Assembly (NCBI GenBank): GCA_963677745.1
Contig: OY782391.1
Coordinates: forward strand, 352,001 to 416,000
Reading direction: 5' to 3'
Source: Candidatus Altimarinota bacterium
GTDB lineage: Bacteria > Patescibacteriota > Gracilibacteria > UBA1369
Length of the DNA stretch: 64,000 nt
Below the pieces are notes generated by a model. That model had not been told where the DNA came from. It searched no databases and was given only the letters and a program-made list of their open reading frames with translations. Made by a program: the position numbers and the translations under genes. This document shows positions 38,601 to 47,091 of this stretch, piece after piece. Position 1 is the first letter of the stretch, and every line of letters begins with the position of its first letter.

Positions 38601-39842
38601 CTGCGACTGAACTTCCGAAGCTTCTTTTTTGCCGGACAGACGGCGCGCCACTTCCGTGGCAGTTGCATCAAAACGGGTCGGCTTATCCACTCCCTGCTGG
38701 GGAGACTTACGCTCTTCCTCGGCCTGGGCTTCGGCATTTTTAATCAGATTTTCATGGGCATAAGCATCAATTCCCCGTCCCTTCTGCTGGGCGTTGAGAG
38801 GATTGGAAGTGGGTGCTACCACACTCTTTTCCCGAGCAGCTTGTTGTGCCCTGGTTTCACCTGGTTGAGCCGGTTTAGGCGTCTGAGAAAACAATAATTT
38901 GCCGTTTTGGATTGCCACTGCGTCATAGCCGTTAGCCATCACCTGTTTCAGAAAGATAGAAAATCTTTGGGCTTCAATCTGATCAGCCGGCACTCCCTGG
39001 GGAGACGGAACAGTTTTATCAACATAATCAAGCAGTGCCTTGCTAACCTCAGTTTCATTAATTCGGGCAGGCTTCCCTTCCTCAGTAACGGAAGCGCTCA
39101 AAGCTTTGGATAAAGCAGCCACGTCCATTGTGGAAGTCAGCGGAACCGCAGAAGGTGAACTGACGGTTTCCAGATTTTTAACGTCAGTTCTTTCCGTTTC
39201 GGCTTTTTGTTTTGCCTCTTCTTCCTGTTTAGCTTTTGCATCGGCCTCCTTTTGCTCCTTTACTTCACCGGTAAGCACGGCTCTCTCCACTTCGGCCGTA
39301 CCAACCAACTCTCCCGGCTTACTGGGATCTTTGGCATCCTTATCATCCAACTTGTAGTCCTGTTTGACCGGCTCCCCTTTCTTGTCAAAAAACATCCAGT
39401 AACCATCGACAATTTGAAACTCTTTTACATCTTTTTTAACCATCATGTCGTTCAGAGCCCGGCTTTCATTCGCGCTAAAAGCAGTGGAGTTCTGCTTGTC
39501 CGTTTTGCCAAGATTCTGCATCAGCCCATTGAGCAGAAACAAATCCACATTCTTTAATTTCAATTCACTTAAACCGGGAACCTTGTCCAGAGCGGCCTTC
39601 AGGGCAGTCCGAAAATTCAGTACATTGACCGGCCCCTTTTCACCGCCGATTTTCACCTTATCGGCATTCATACCTTTCAAAAGATCGGCCAGCTGCTTAA
39701 CCTGCTCCGCAGTCATCTTGGTATAATCAAGTCCCTCTTTCAATTTTGGAGCCTCAGCGGCTTTCGGAGTTTCAGGAGAAAAACCAACCAGCCGACTGGT
39801 TAGAAAAAATTTTTCTTTTGTGATTTTAAACATGACTGCCAT
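35610..39842 (-). CDS. giant (1410 aa) hypothetical modular protein at the end of the type IV pilus operon
   Basis: Long ORF 17 nt downstream of the 177-aa gene; globular-looking blocks separated by Ala/Glu/Lys/Pro linkers; no TM segment or classical signal peptide. Confidence 0.85.
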   Translation of the reverse strand: MAVMFKITKEKFFLTSRLVGFSPETPKAAEAPKLKEGLDYTKMTAEQVKQLADLLKGMNADKVKIGGEKGPVNVLNFRTALKAALDKVPGLSELKLKNVDLFLLNGLMQNLGKTDKQNSTAFSANESRALNDMMVKKDVKEFQIVDGYWMFFDKKGEPVKQDYKLDDKDAKDPSKPGELVGTAEVERAVLTGEVKEQKEADAKAKQEEEAKQKAETERTDVKNLETVSSPSAVPLTSTMDVAALSKALSASVTEEGKPARINETEVSKALLDYVDKTVPSPQGVPADQIEAQRFSIFLKQVMANGYDAVAIQNGKLLFSQTPKPAQPGETRAQQAAREKSVVAPTSNPLNAQQKGRGIDAYAHENLIKNAEAQAEEERKSPQQGVDKPTRFDATATEVARRLSGKKEASEVQSQDFDRVDERYLNVMQAILNYKVAPRPDSPVKVDFPFNDGVIPCEFFLTNDGRFVITKDNRKVDVVSYTPRGQGKDALNDMQDHFAQILNKGTLGQELQRANVEYKGNFEQWGEKIDSGPEKVNGGVKYEFDWETGALGDDPDVTFFPQPHGRIEVVVEQNNIGLNGEKEYRFNASGLSDALRVLKKLRSWVENKNGERDSDKAKSAEQERRFFEESDNGNRIQQMKAAARAAGAGDLLSVRSSRNILPDGKGGTMENNLGKFNNGHHFDFDWMQKLDPPQRMQMVHDGRGEYEYYLIPSNQKLGEFKGQPQEALEWGMKLVAEQRNHLARTGGEKATEQIFQNVLEGINKMPVQFASLDRPEDRPEGTFVLCKDVTVKGATAEGIVDLAFPGMKARQFNLGTKDRPNVAEFRKAVAEGYLLLTMVPQPKPEAKTATEAVPGGTAGEKKEEPAKTGPEAPKDSIGVTNESAKEMPDAQKREAALKEVFKKVQGDTDAIKSYVMARVSDGATIPGDDAQKQYQERMWKVLAELTGKEKDFKPEDPASQKIVIDALSKPATRTDIIKIISKEFVSGYGDVQGADKMPRCRSLVASYVNEGRMARIKETVFSELTADQFDKAKQSYISSLKDYLNKVIVTPKKLTENTKQYDERVRKELEQMIKTPEQFFSEYKANEDKRKPYEDYKAKEAQDQAARAAFESRRDQYHGISFAQFEGSTMNRDLGGPALDAIKACKDLKPGNVFMSNLPENSPMSQKEMMFNVSIGPAGNGIPMTLHFTKTDRGVDVSAAPGWNNPNEGRSKMAVGGQKDVLATVLKLASDDVPLMENLQSEQQKADAAKADAAAAKAEAAKPATPEGGKTAAPPANPEAPKATVSLNDAKTPEDAKKAIGAALVESGYQASPNLQKAIAKVIESQNLGKDLKLPAGYVDMKTFVEALQQGKVSKDGQKEFMAKNPSFSAPEAPPATVAASAKPPTAPPEQTPAQAPAPGSQQAQSPQTKK

Positions 39843-39859
39843 TTAATTTTTTATTTTAA

Positions 39860-40393
39860 TTATGATATTTGGGAGCCTCCCTTGGTCACCGAGTCAGTTC
39901 CCATTACCGGCACAGCATCCTGACCTTCGACGTCCTTCAACCCCTCTCTAAACTGTTTTCGCAGCGCGGACATTTTTTCTTTGATCTGTTGTTTTTCGGT
40001 TTCCCTGAACTGCAGAATTGGCGGCATGACAGGAATTCTCATGTCCACGTTATCCTCGGGAATAATTTCTTCCCCTTTGAAGAAATGAAACACACCGTCA
40101 ATCACCCCGACATGGGAAGCCCCTTCGGCGATTTTTTCCATCCAGATCTGCTCCAGCGACCTTCTCTGTTTGTCGTTTTTCTCAACGGAAGACCTCACCA
40201 TAGCCGGCAGATTTTCAAAAACCGGCTGGCAATTGGCTTTCAGATCCTGCAGGGTGATTTTCAAGTCAGCCTTGATCGGACACCCGCCGTTGATATTTTT
40301 CCAGTCATTCTTATCCTGCCAATAATTACCGAAGCGGTCGTTGAGACCTCCCGTTCCGTTGGACTGCTGATTGTCATTTAACTGTACAACCAT
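39860..40393 (-). CDS. hypothetical protein
   Basis: 177-aa ORF 5 nt downstream of the pilX-like gene; shares a motif with the giant protein. Confidence 0.72.
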   Translation of the reverse strand: MVVQLNDNQQSNGTGGLNDRFGNYWQDKNDWKNINGGCPIKADLKITLQDLKANCQPVFENLPAMVRSSVEKNDKQRRSLEQIWMEKIAEGASHVGVIDGVFHFFKGEEIIPEDNVDMRIPVMPPILQFRETEKQQIKEKMSALRKQFREGLKDVEGQDAVPVMGTDSVTKGGSQIS

Positions 40394-40398
40394 ATTAT

Positions 40399-41751
40399 TT
40401 AAGGTGTTTTTTCTGAAGCGGTTTTATATAAAGAGAAGTTAAATACCGGCAAAAACCCCGGAGCCTTGTAGCGGACGTCCAGGCTTTTTATGACATTCCC
40501 GGCGGCTGCAAATCCCAGACTGGTTATCTCGGCAAAATCCTTCACCAGTTTGGGAGCATTGGGATCCGAATCAGTGCTTTTTCTGGCAATAACACGGTAA
40601 TAAATATCCGCCCTGGCCAGCTGGCTGGGATCATTCATATTGGAGATTCCCGCCACATTGGGATTCACCATGTTGGTCAAAATCAGATAGTTTTCCTTGT
40701 GGTTGTCGATAAACTCGCGCATCTGGCAACCGGTCGGATCACCGATTGTGGTTCCCTTGATCAGGGCACCGCCGGTTACGGCGGTGCCGGCGTCGGTTTG
40801 ATAACATTCACGGGCCGCCGACCAGAGCGTGACATCGTTCAAATCGTCCGCGGCGTTCAGGGCGGCGGCCGAAGGCGGTTTTTTGCTTAGACTGGGAAAA
40901 ACACAAGTCTCGGCCTTGGTATTGTTCTGTACCGCGCGAATATTGGCATCGGTTCCGATACAGACCGGACGGTCGGGAGCATTATTGGTTACTCCCGGAT
41001 AAAAGTCGGCAATCGACTCGGTTCTTTGCACACCGCCGTCTATCAGCGGTTTCCCGTAAATTTTCCAGCGCAGGACGTCAAAAGTTTCCAGTTTCATTCC
41101 CTGAAAAGGCCCGAACAAATCGCTGCCATCGCGTAAATTGAGATAATACTCAATCAGGAAATCGTTAACACTGACCGGCGTCCCCGAACCATCGGTACTG
41201 TAAAGGGGAATAATATGAGTTTCATTGAGTGCCAGCTTTCTGTAAGTGGAACGCGGGCAGTCCTCATAAACCTGTTGTTTGTTATAAGCCAGGGCAAAAG
41301 GAGTGCGGGCGCTGGCGATCTGGCAGTCTGCAGTTACCTGCCCGGTCTCGCCGCTGTAAGCCGTTCTGTCAACAAAAATTGGCTGGCCGTCGGGAAAACT
41401 GGGCACGGAATCGGTTTGATTGCTGGTCGTGAATTCATAGGCAAATGACGGGTCAAGCGGATCGGGTCCGGCGCCGGCGCCCGCTGCAGTATCGGCTGCA
41501 TCAGCGGGAAATTTACCCACCGGTTCGTAACCGGCCAGGTTTTTTGAAAGGCCCAGAAGAGCGTTTTCCACTCCCGCCTCAGCAGCATAATAGGCTTTAT
41601 TGGCATCCACAACTGACTGTGTCACCCTGATTTCCCGTATCACCAAAGCACTGATCCCCAAAGTCAGCGTCATCAAAATACCCAGCATCAACAGCGTGAT
41701 CAGCAAAGCCGATCCCCGCCTTCCGCCCAATTGTAAGTATATTTTGAACAT
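40399..41751 (-). CDS. PilX-like minor pilin (large, Cys-containing)
   Basis: RRG|SALLITLLMLGIL (no E5), AYYAAEAGVENAL. Confidence 0.85.
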   Translation of the reverse strand: MFKIYLQLGGRRGSALLITLLMLGILMTLTLGISALVIREIRVTQSVVDANKAYYAAEAGVENALLGLSKNLAGYEPVGKFPADAADTAAGAGAGPDPLDPSFAYEFTTSNQTDSVPSFPDGQPIFVDRTAYSGETGQVTADCQIASARTPFALAYNKQQVYEDCPRSTYRKLALNETHIIPLYSTDGSGTPVSVNDFLIEYYLNLRDGSDLFGPFQGMKLETFDVLRWKIYGKPLIDGGVQRTESIADFYPGVTNNAPDRPVCIGTDANIRAVQNNTKAETCVFPSLSKKPPSAAALNAADDLNDVTLWSAARECYQTDAGTAVTGGALIKGTTIGDPTGCQMREFIDNHKENYLILTNMVNPNVAGISNMNDPSQLARADIYYRVIARKSTDSDPNAPKLVKDFAEITSLGFAAAGNVIKSLDVRYKAPGFLPVFNFSLYKTASEKTP

Positions 41752-42470
41752 TAATTTCTGGCGGTAATTAAAGTCGAGTATTTTAAATCAAATTTCACTG
41801 TATTCAGCTTAGAGCCGACATCCACGCTCAGCCGGACCACAGGCTGCAGCTGATTGGCGAGATTACTCATAGAAGCGGGATTTTTCGGATCTCTTTTGGG
41901 ATAAATTTCGAACTTCAAATCATTCACTTTTAAATTGGCAAAAGAAAATTCCTGATAGCCGCCGCAGTTTTCGGCGCTGGCCGCAGTGTCTTCATAACCG
42001 CTTTCCGGCTGCCAGGAACCGTTACTGTTTCTGAATCTTTTGATACAAACCGTTTGTTTTTCCTTATTAAACTTGAGGATACTGCCGGACAAACCGTCCC
42101 GGGAAATTGTCCGTAAATTGTCACCGGAATCAATTGTCAGAGAACTGGCGTCCTCACACCTCACCAAAGCCATCTGATTAAAATCCAGATTCTGAACAAA
42201 ATTCTGGTTATAGCAAAAATAATCAATTCCCCCCTCCCTCATTTCGTTATTCACGTAATCCACAAAATTACGCAGTTCGGAATACATCAGACGCGTCTCA
42301 TTGGCAGATTTCTGGGAACGGATAATCTGCAAATAAGCATCGGTGGCAGTGACGATAAAGATCATGAAAATACTGATGGCAATCAGAAGCTCAATCAGGG
42401 TAAACCCTTTTCTGGCCTTCATCCGGACCACCCGTTCTTTTCCCCGATTTTTGGTAATGATCATTTTCAT
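41751..42470 (-). CDS. PilW/GspJ-like minor pilin
   Basis: RKG|FTLIELLIAISIF, VNNEMREG. Confidence 0.88.
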   Translation of the reverse strand: MKMIITKNRGKERVVRMKARKGFTLIELLIAISIFMIFIVTATDAYLQIIRSQKSANETRLMYSELRNFVDYVNNEMREGGIDYFCYNQNFVQNLDFNQMALVRCEDASSLTIDSGDNLRTISRDGLSGSILKFNKEKQTVCIKRFRNSNGSWQPESGYEDTAASAENCGGYQEFSFANLKVNDLKFEIYPKRDPKNPASMSNLANQLQPVVRLSVDVGSKLNTVKFDLKYSTLITARN

Positions 42471-43118
42471 TTATTTCCAATCGGTTAATTCCGTCGTTAA
42501 AACAACTTTTCTGGACTGACCGTTGATCCCCGACCAATAAACAATCGAATTGATCCGCAGTCCATCGGGCTCGGTAGCCCCGGGCAAAATTCTGAGCGGT
42601 TCCACCCTGATCACCCTGTGAAAACCTTCCCTCACCAGTGTTTCCTGCGAAACCGCCAGAGTCTCCAGAGATTCCTGCGGCAATTGCTGAAGAGTCACGG
42701 GCAAACAACGGGGTAAATCAACTTTATTGCATTCTGTCTGAACCTCCGGGTTATTTACCACCTTCAGAAAAGTCGGTGCGCCGCTCATCTTGTCAAAAAG
42801 CTTGGCACCCCAAACGTTGACCACCGAATTCTTGGCGGCACCGTCAAAATCCAGACCAAGCAACACATCCGAATCACGCACAAACCTGACTGCCTCCACC
42901 CCCTCCTGAGCCAACCCGTTGGCAATCAGACTGTTCATGTTATCGGAGTTGGTGCGAAGCACCACGGTCAAAACACTGACGGCACTGGTGATTACCATCG
43001 CCATCACGCTAAAAGAAATGATTACTTCGGGCAAAGTAAAAGCGGTCCGGCCGGACTGTTTTTCCGGGAAATTTTTCCAGCTATTTTTGGCGGGGAAAAT
43101 TCTCATCTGTCGAAACAT
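42471..43118 (-). CDS. PilV/GspI-like minor pilin
   Basis: TA|FTLPEVIIS, ANGLAQEGVEAVRFVRD. Confidence 0.85.
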   Translation of the reverse strand: MFRQMRIFPAKNSWKNFPEKQSGRTAFTLPEVIISFSVMAMVITSAVSVLTVVLRTNSDNMNSLIANGLAQEGVEAVRFVRDSDVLLGLDFDGAAKNSVVNVWGAKLFDKMSGAPTFLKVVNNPEVQTECNKVDLPRCLPVTLQQLPQESLETLAVSQETLVREGFHRVIRVEPLRILPGATEPDGLRINSIVYWSGINGQSRKVVLTTELTDWK

Positions 43119-43132
43119 AATTTTATCCCTTA

Positions 43133-43141
43133 ATTATACCA
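43133..43141 (-). promoter_or_regulatory. internal extended -10 element upstream of the pilV-like gene
   Basis: Minus strand TGGTATAAT in the 74-nt gap. Confidence 0.5.
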
Positions 43142-43192
43142 AAAAATCGGCTTTTTTGAAAGGCCGTCCCAAACTTTTCCCGGGTGACTTTG

Positions 43193-43813
43193 TCAGATTC
43201 TCTTTACCTCACCGGTAGCCAGATCGAAAATCACCGCCCGGCTATATTCCGGGCTATCCACATCCTGTACTGTCATCTGTAGTTTTTGGCTTTGTACAGC
43301 GACCAACTGACCACCGCCCTGCTCCAGGATTTGAGCGAAAGGAGGTTTGAAATAGTATGTTTTTTCGCCGCCGTCTCCGACAATTATCACTTTTTCGTTA
43401 AAAACCTCGCTTTTTCTGAGATTTTCATCTCCAACCGTCTGACAGGAATCAACCGTGTCACCCTGTACGGCAAGATAATCACCTTGTCCGAAATACAAAC
43501 CGGCAGTTACCCCCGTACCGGTCACAATTTTAACCACATAACACTGAAGTACCTGCTGACCGCCGGAATCGGTGCTTCTTTGGCCGCTTCTAGCCATCAC
43601 CTGGGCCTCCCGTATCGTTGACACCAGAGTGTCTGTGGCAAACTCCACACGAGCCTGCTGTTCCACCCCTATATAATTACCCACCGCCAGCACCGTCAAC
43701 ATGCCGATTATGGAAATTACTATCAAAAGTTCCACCAGCGTAAATCCTTTGCGCGCTCTGCCTTGAAGCCTCTTCCCCGCCCCTCCCAAAATGTCGGAGC
43801 CGCTTTGCTTCAT
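43193..43813 (-). CDS. FimT/FimU/GspH-like minor pilin
   Basis: RKG|FTLVELLIVISIIGML, IREAQVMARSG, VIFDLATG. Confidence 0.87.
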   Translation of the reverse strand: MKQSGSDILGGAGKRLQGRARKGFTLVELLIVISIIGMLTVLAVGNYIGVEQQARVEFATDTLVSTIREAQVMARSGQRSTDSGGQQVLQCYVVKIVTGTGVTAGLYFGQGDYLAVQGDTVDSCQTVGDENLRKSEVFNEKVIIVGDGGEKTYYFKPPFAQILEQGGGQLVAVQSQKLQMTVQDVDSPEYSRAVIFDLATGEVKRI

Positions 43814-43817
43814 GTAT

Positions 43818-45008
43818 TTATACTAAGGAAGACAGTTTGAACACCGGAGAAAGAATGGCCAGCGCCAGAAGCGCCACAGTTACACCGACCAGGACAATTA
43901 TAATCGGTTCGAAAAGACTTGTAAGACGCTTCAAACTATTATCTATCTCCTGATCATAGTGATCGGCGATCTTCTCGGAAATTTTTCCGATGGAAGCCGT
44001 CTGCTCACCCACGGAAAGCATTTGGGTAATGGTTTCGGGAAACAGAAAGGGCGAGTCCATCAAAGCTGCCGAGATTTTCTCCCCGTTTTTGACCTTGGCT
44101 ATGACTTCCCAGGTTTTGAGGGAATACATCTGCGAAGCCAGACTCTGGGCAATGATTTCCAGAGTTTGGATTACCGGCAAACCGGCCTCGATCAGAATTC
44201 CCAGATTGGAGACAAACTGACGGGCATAAACCTTTCTCAGCAGCACTCCAATCACGGGCATTTTAAGTTTCATAATATCCCATTGATAAGCGCCGTTCTC
44301 GGATTCCGACCAGATCTTCAGCAAGAAATAAAGAACGAATGCTCCAACAATTATCGCCCACCAGTAACCGGTCAGAAAATGGGAAATACTGATCAGTACT
44401 TTGGTCATCACAGGCATATCGCTTTCCTTCATTCCCCCCTCCATCAGCATACTGACCAGCGAGGGAATTACAAAAGTCATCATGCCGGCCGCGGCAATCA
44501 CCAACACGCCCAGAATGGCCAGCGGATAAATGGAAGCAGTGATCAGCTTCAGCTGCAGGGCATTGGATTTTTCCAGCTGGGCCGAAAGTTTGAATAGCAT
44601 CTTATCCAGATTACCGGCTGCTTCGCCGGATCTGACAATACCAATCTCCATTTCCCCGAAAACATCTGAAAACCGTGATATGGCATTGGAGAAATTGCTG
44701 CCCTGCCGGAGATTGTAGGAAATCGTATTCAAAATCCTGGAAAAACGGATACTTTCCGACCGGTTGGCCAGAATATCAATTGCAGCAATCAGCGGGATAC
44801 CCGCATCAATCATCACCGCCAGCAGATGGAAAAAATAGACTTTTTCCTGCAAACTGATCTTACTGTGATCAATCAGGAAATCTTCCAGTCTGGTCAGCAT
44901 TCCCTCCCTGGAATTATCATAAGTACCATAGACCACCGACCGTCGCGGGTCGGCTTTTTTGGGATTCTTCAGTAGTTCGTTCAGTTTTTTATCCTGATGT
45001 TCCTCCAT
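43818..45008 (-). CDS. pilC: type IV pilus platform protein PilC (GspF family)
   Basis: LAVMIDAGIPL, GEAAGNLD, SIYP, VGEQTASI, SLFEPIIIV. Confidence 0.93.
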   Translation of the reverse strand: MEEHQDKKLNELLKNPKKADPRRSVVYGTYDNSREGMLTRLEDFLIDHSKISLQEKVYFFHLLAVMIDAGIPLIAAIDILANRSESIRFSRILNTISYNLRQGSNFSNAISRFSDVFGEMEIGIVRSGEAAGNLDKMLFKLSAQLEKSNALQLKLITASIYPLAILGVLVIAAAGMMTFVIPSLVSMLMEGGMKESDMPVMTKVLISISHFLTGYWWAIIVGAFVLYFLLKIWSESENGAYQWDIMKLKMPVIGVLLRKVYARQFVSNLGILIEAGLPVIQTLEIIAQSLASQMYSLKTWEVIAKVKNGEKISAALMDSPFLFPETITQMLSVGEQTASIGKISEKIADHYDQEIDNSLKRLTSLFEPIIIVLVGVTVALLALAILSPVFKLSSLV

Positions 45009-45017
45009 ATTGTTTTT

Positions 45018-45566
45018 TTAGAGTCCTTTTTGAAAATAGGTTTCCATACTGATGCTGAAATTCACTCTTTCCAGCCCTTCGGTTTCGCCAAACTGAACCG
45101 TAATGTTCTTTACCACCAGTTTGCGGGCACTGTTTTCCAGTCCCTTGAGAAGTCTGAGCAAATCTGACTTGTTACCGGTCAAACTTAGACTGATGGTTCC
45201 TTTTTTGACCTCTCCGGCAACTCCCGCGGACGTGGCGGCGGAAAAGCTGATACTTCCAATATTCACATCATTTTTTCTGGCAATATCCGCCAATAAAATT
45301 ATCAGCTTATCCTGTTCAAAACGTTCGGGAATAGCCGCCAAAACCGTTTGCTGCTGAACCTCCCCGGCACCGGCCAGGTTGGCCTGGGCATCCTGTAAAG
45401 ATTTCAACTGATCTTCCGCCAGTTTCTTTTCTTCCGCCCGTGCCCTTTCGGTCACTTTCAAGGCGTTGGTGACATCCCAGGTTGGCTTAAACCAGAACAT
45501 CCCGACTCCCACCAGGGCTACCAGCAGAATCAAACTTATCAGAGAAGATGTTTTATTGCTTTTCAT
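45018..45566 (-). CDS. pilO: PilO-like alignment protein
   Basis: N-terminal TM, coiled coil, AAIP, ISLSLTG....LLKGLENSARKLVVKNI. Confidence 0.8.
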   Translation of the reverse strand: MKSNKTSSLISLILLVALVGVGMFWFKPTWDVTNALKVTERARAEEKKLAEDQLKSLQDAQANLAGAGEVQQQTVLAAIPERFEQDKLIILLADIARKNDVNIGSISFSAATSAGVAGEVKKGTISLSLTGNKSDLLRLLKGLENSARKLVVKNITVQFGETEGLERVNFSISMETYFQKGL

Positions 45567-45571
45567 ATATT

Positions 45572-46255
45572 CTAATTATTTCTTGGAACTTTAATGGTAT
45601 CGGTAGTTTTAGGCACCGCGACTTTTGCGGCCGTATCAGTACCGACAGTATTTATCTGCAGCGAATCCGATCCGGTTTCCGGCTTACGGTAATCGGTGCT
45701 CAGAATAAAACTTAGCGTGATTTCTCCATTATCGGTGGTTGACTTGGCAATGGATGGAACATAGGCATCCTTGAAAAAGATGCTGTTGTTGAAAGTGGAC
45801 AAAATTCTGGCTACTTCTTCAAAAGGAGGCAGGGCCGCAGGCAGCGAAACCATATTGAGTGAAATTTTTCCCAGACCCGTACCGGAATATGACAGAACTG
45901 TGACGGTTGGATTTCCTGTGGAATCCTGCGGTATCAATTTATCAATCTCCGAAATCACTTCGGACCAGCGGATTTCCTCAGTCTCAATTTTTTTAATGGC
46001 GTCGGAAGCGTTTTGACTGATCTCCACCTTGTTACTCTTGATCGTATCAATCTGGGTTTGGATATCCCGGGTCTGTTGTTCCATTTCAGTGGTACTGGCC
46101 AGTATTCTCCCTTTGTCAAAACTCAGAAATACTCCATAGAGTACTAACCCCAGTACCAGAAATAGCAGAATATAGTTAAGCGGGCCGCTTCCGACCAGTT
46201 TTTTATTGACCTGGCTTTCAGCATCCGCTGCACTCTGATTGGACTTAATTGCCAT
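45572..46255 (-). CDS. PilN-like alignment protein
   Basis: TM, coiled coil, WSEVISEIDKLIP, FNNSIFFKD; located just upstream of pilO. Confidence 0.75.
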   Translation of the reverse strand: MAIKSNQSAADAESQVNKKLVGSGPLNYILLFLVLGLVLYGVFLSFDKGRILASTTEMEQQTRDIQTQIDTIKSNKVEISQNASDAIKKIETEEIRWSEVISEIDKLIPQDSTGNPTVTVLSYSGTGLGKISLNMVSLPAALPPFEEVARILSTFNNSIFFKDAYVPSIAKSTTDNGEITLSFILSTDYRKPETGSDSLQINTVGTDTAAKVAVPKTTDTIKVPRNN

Positions 46256-46407
46256 AGTTGCCTTTTATTAAATTTGATCTTAATATTTTACCACAATTTT
46301 AGCTCATTCGCAAAGCCTAACCACCTAATCCCCGCTTTCCTTTTCCGTGAATTAAACTTGGTTTCAACAGAAAACACAGCGATTTCAACAAAACCAAGAG
46401 CACCACA

Positions 46408-46460
46408 TTGAATACCACTCACAAATTTGCTATCTTTTTGCTACACTTTTTGTGAATGGT
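46408..46460 (+). promoter_or_regulatory. putative promoter with an overlapping 12-bp inverted repeat (candidate operator)
   Basis: TTGAAT-N17-TATCTT (with TG extension); IR ACCACTCACAAA (46414-46425) / TTTGTGAATGGT (46449-46460), 11/12 match. Confidence 0.45.
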
Positions 46461-46477
46461 TTAAATACTCCTTCCAA

Positions 46478-46771
46478 ATGCCAAAACAACAGCAATTAAA
46501 CATACGCCTTGATCAGGAACTGTACAAAACAGCCCGGAATAAGTGTAAAACTCAACTGGGAATAGGTTTAAGTCCCCTCATTAAAATTTTTCTTAAATCT
46601 TTCGTTACCCAGCCCGGAGTTGGATTCTATGTAGGGGATCAAAATTTATGTGAATTATTTACACGCTGGTTAATAAAGAAAAAGCTGGAAATCGGAAGAA
46701 AAGGCTGTGCTCCTTTGCCCGGCCCCCACCTAAGAGATCTGTATGATCTTTCACCGGGGAAAAAGACATGA
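46478..46771 (+). CDS. ribbon-helix-helix protein (RelB/DinJ-like N-terminus)
   Basis: QLNIRLDQELYKTA....QLGIGLSPLIKIFLKSFV; ATGA-coupled to the next gene. Confidence 0.65.
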   Translation: MPKQQQLNIRLDQELYKTARNKCKTQLGIGLSPLIKIFLKSFVTQPGVGFYVGDQNLCELFTRWLIKKKLEIGRKGCAPLPGPHLRDLYDLSPGKKT

Positions 46772-47091
46772 CCAAAACCAAGAAAATCAACCAGTCCTTT
46801 AACTGCCTGCATTGCGGACAATCCAACCCGCCCGCTCTCCGCACCTGCCGCAATCACTGCCGGGAATGCCTTTATAGCCTGCATGTTGATCTGGAAATAC
46901 CCGGAGATCGCGCTTCCCTTTGCCATGGACTTCTGGAACCGGTGGGACTTGAACAAAACAGCAAAAAAGGCTTTATCATTCTGCATAAATGTCTAAAATG
47001 TGGTTATAAAAACCGTAATTTAACCGCCGACGACGACAATTCCGATGCCCTCATTAAACTCTCTCAACAGCAAAATCTCAGCCAGACTTGA
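46768..47091 (+). CDS. RNHCP-domain zinc-binding protein
   Basis: FNCLHCG, CRNHCRECLYSLHVD..PGDRA..CHG, HKCLKCG, ADDDN. Confidence 0.9.
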   Translation: MTKTKKINQSFNCLHCGQSNPPALRTCRNHCRECLYSLHVDLEIPGDRASLCHGLLEPVGLEQNSKKGFIILHKCLKCGYKNRNLTADDDNSDALIKLSQQQNLSQT

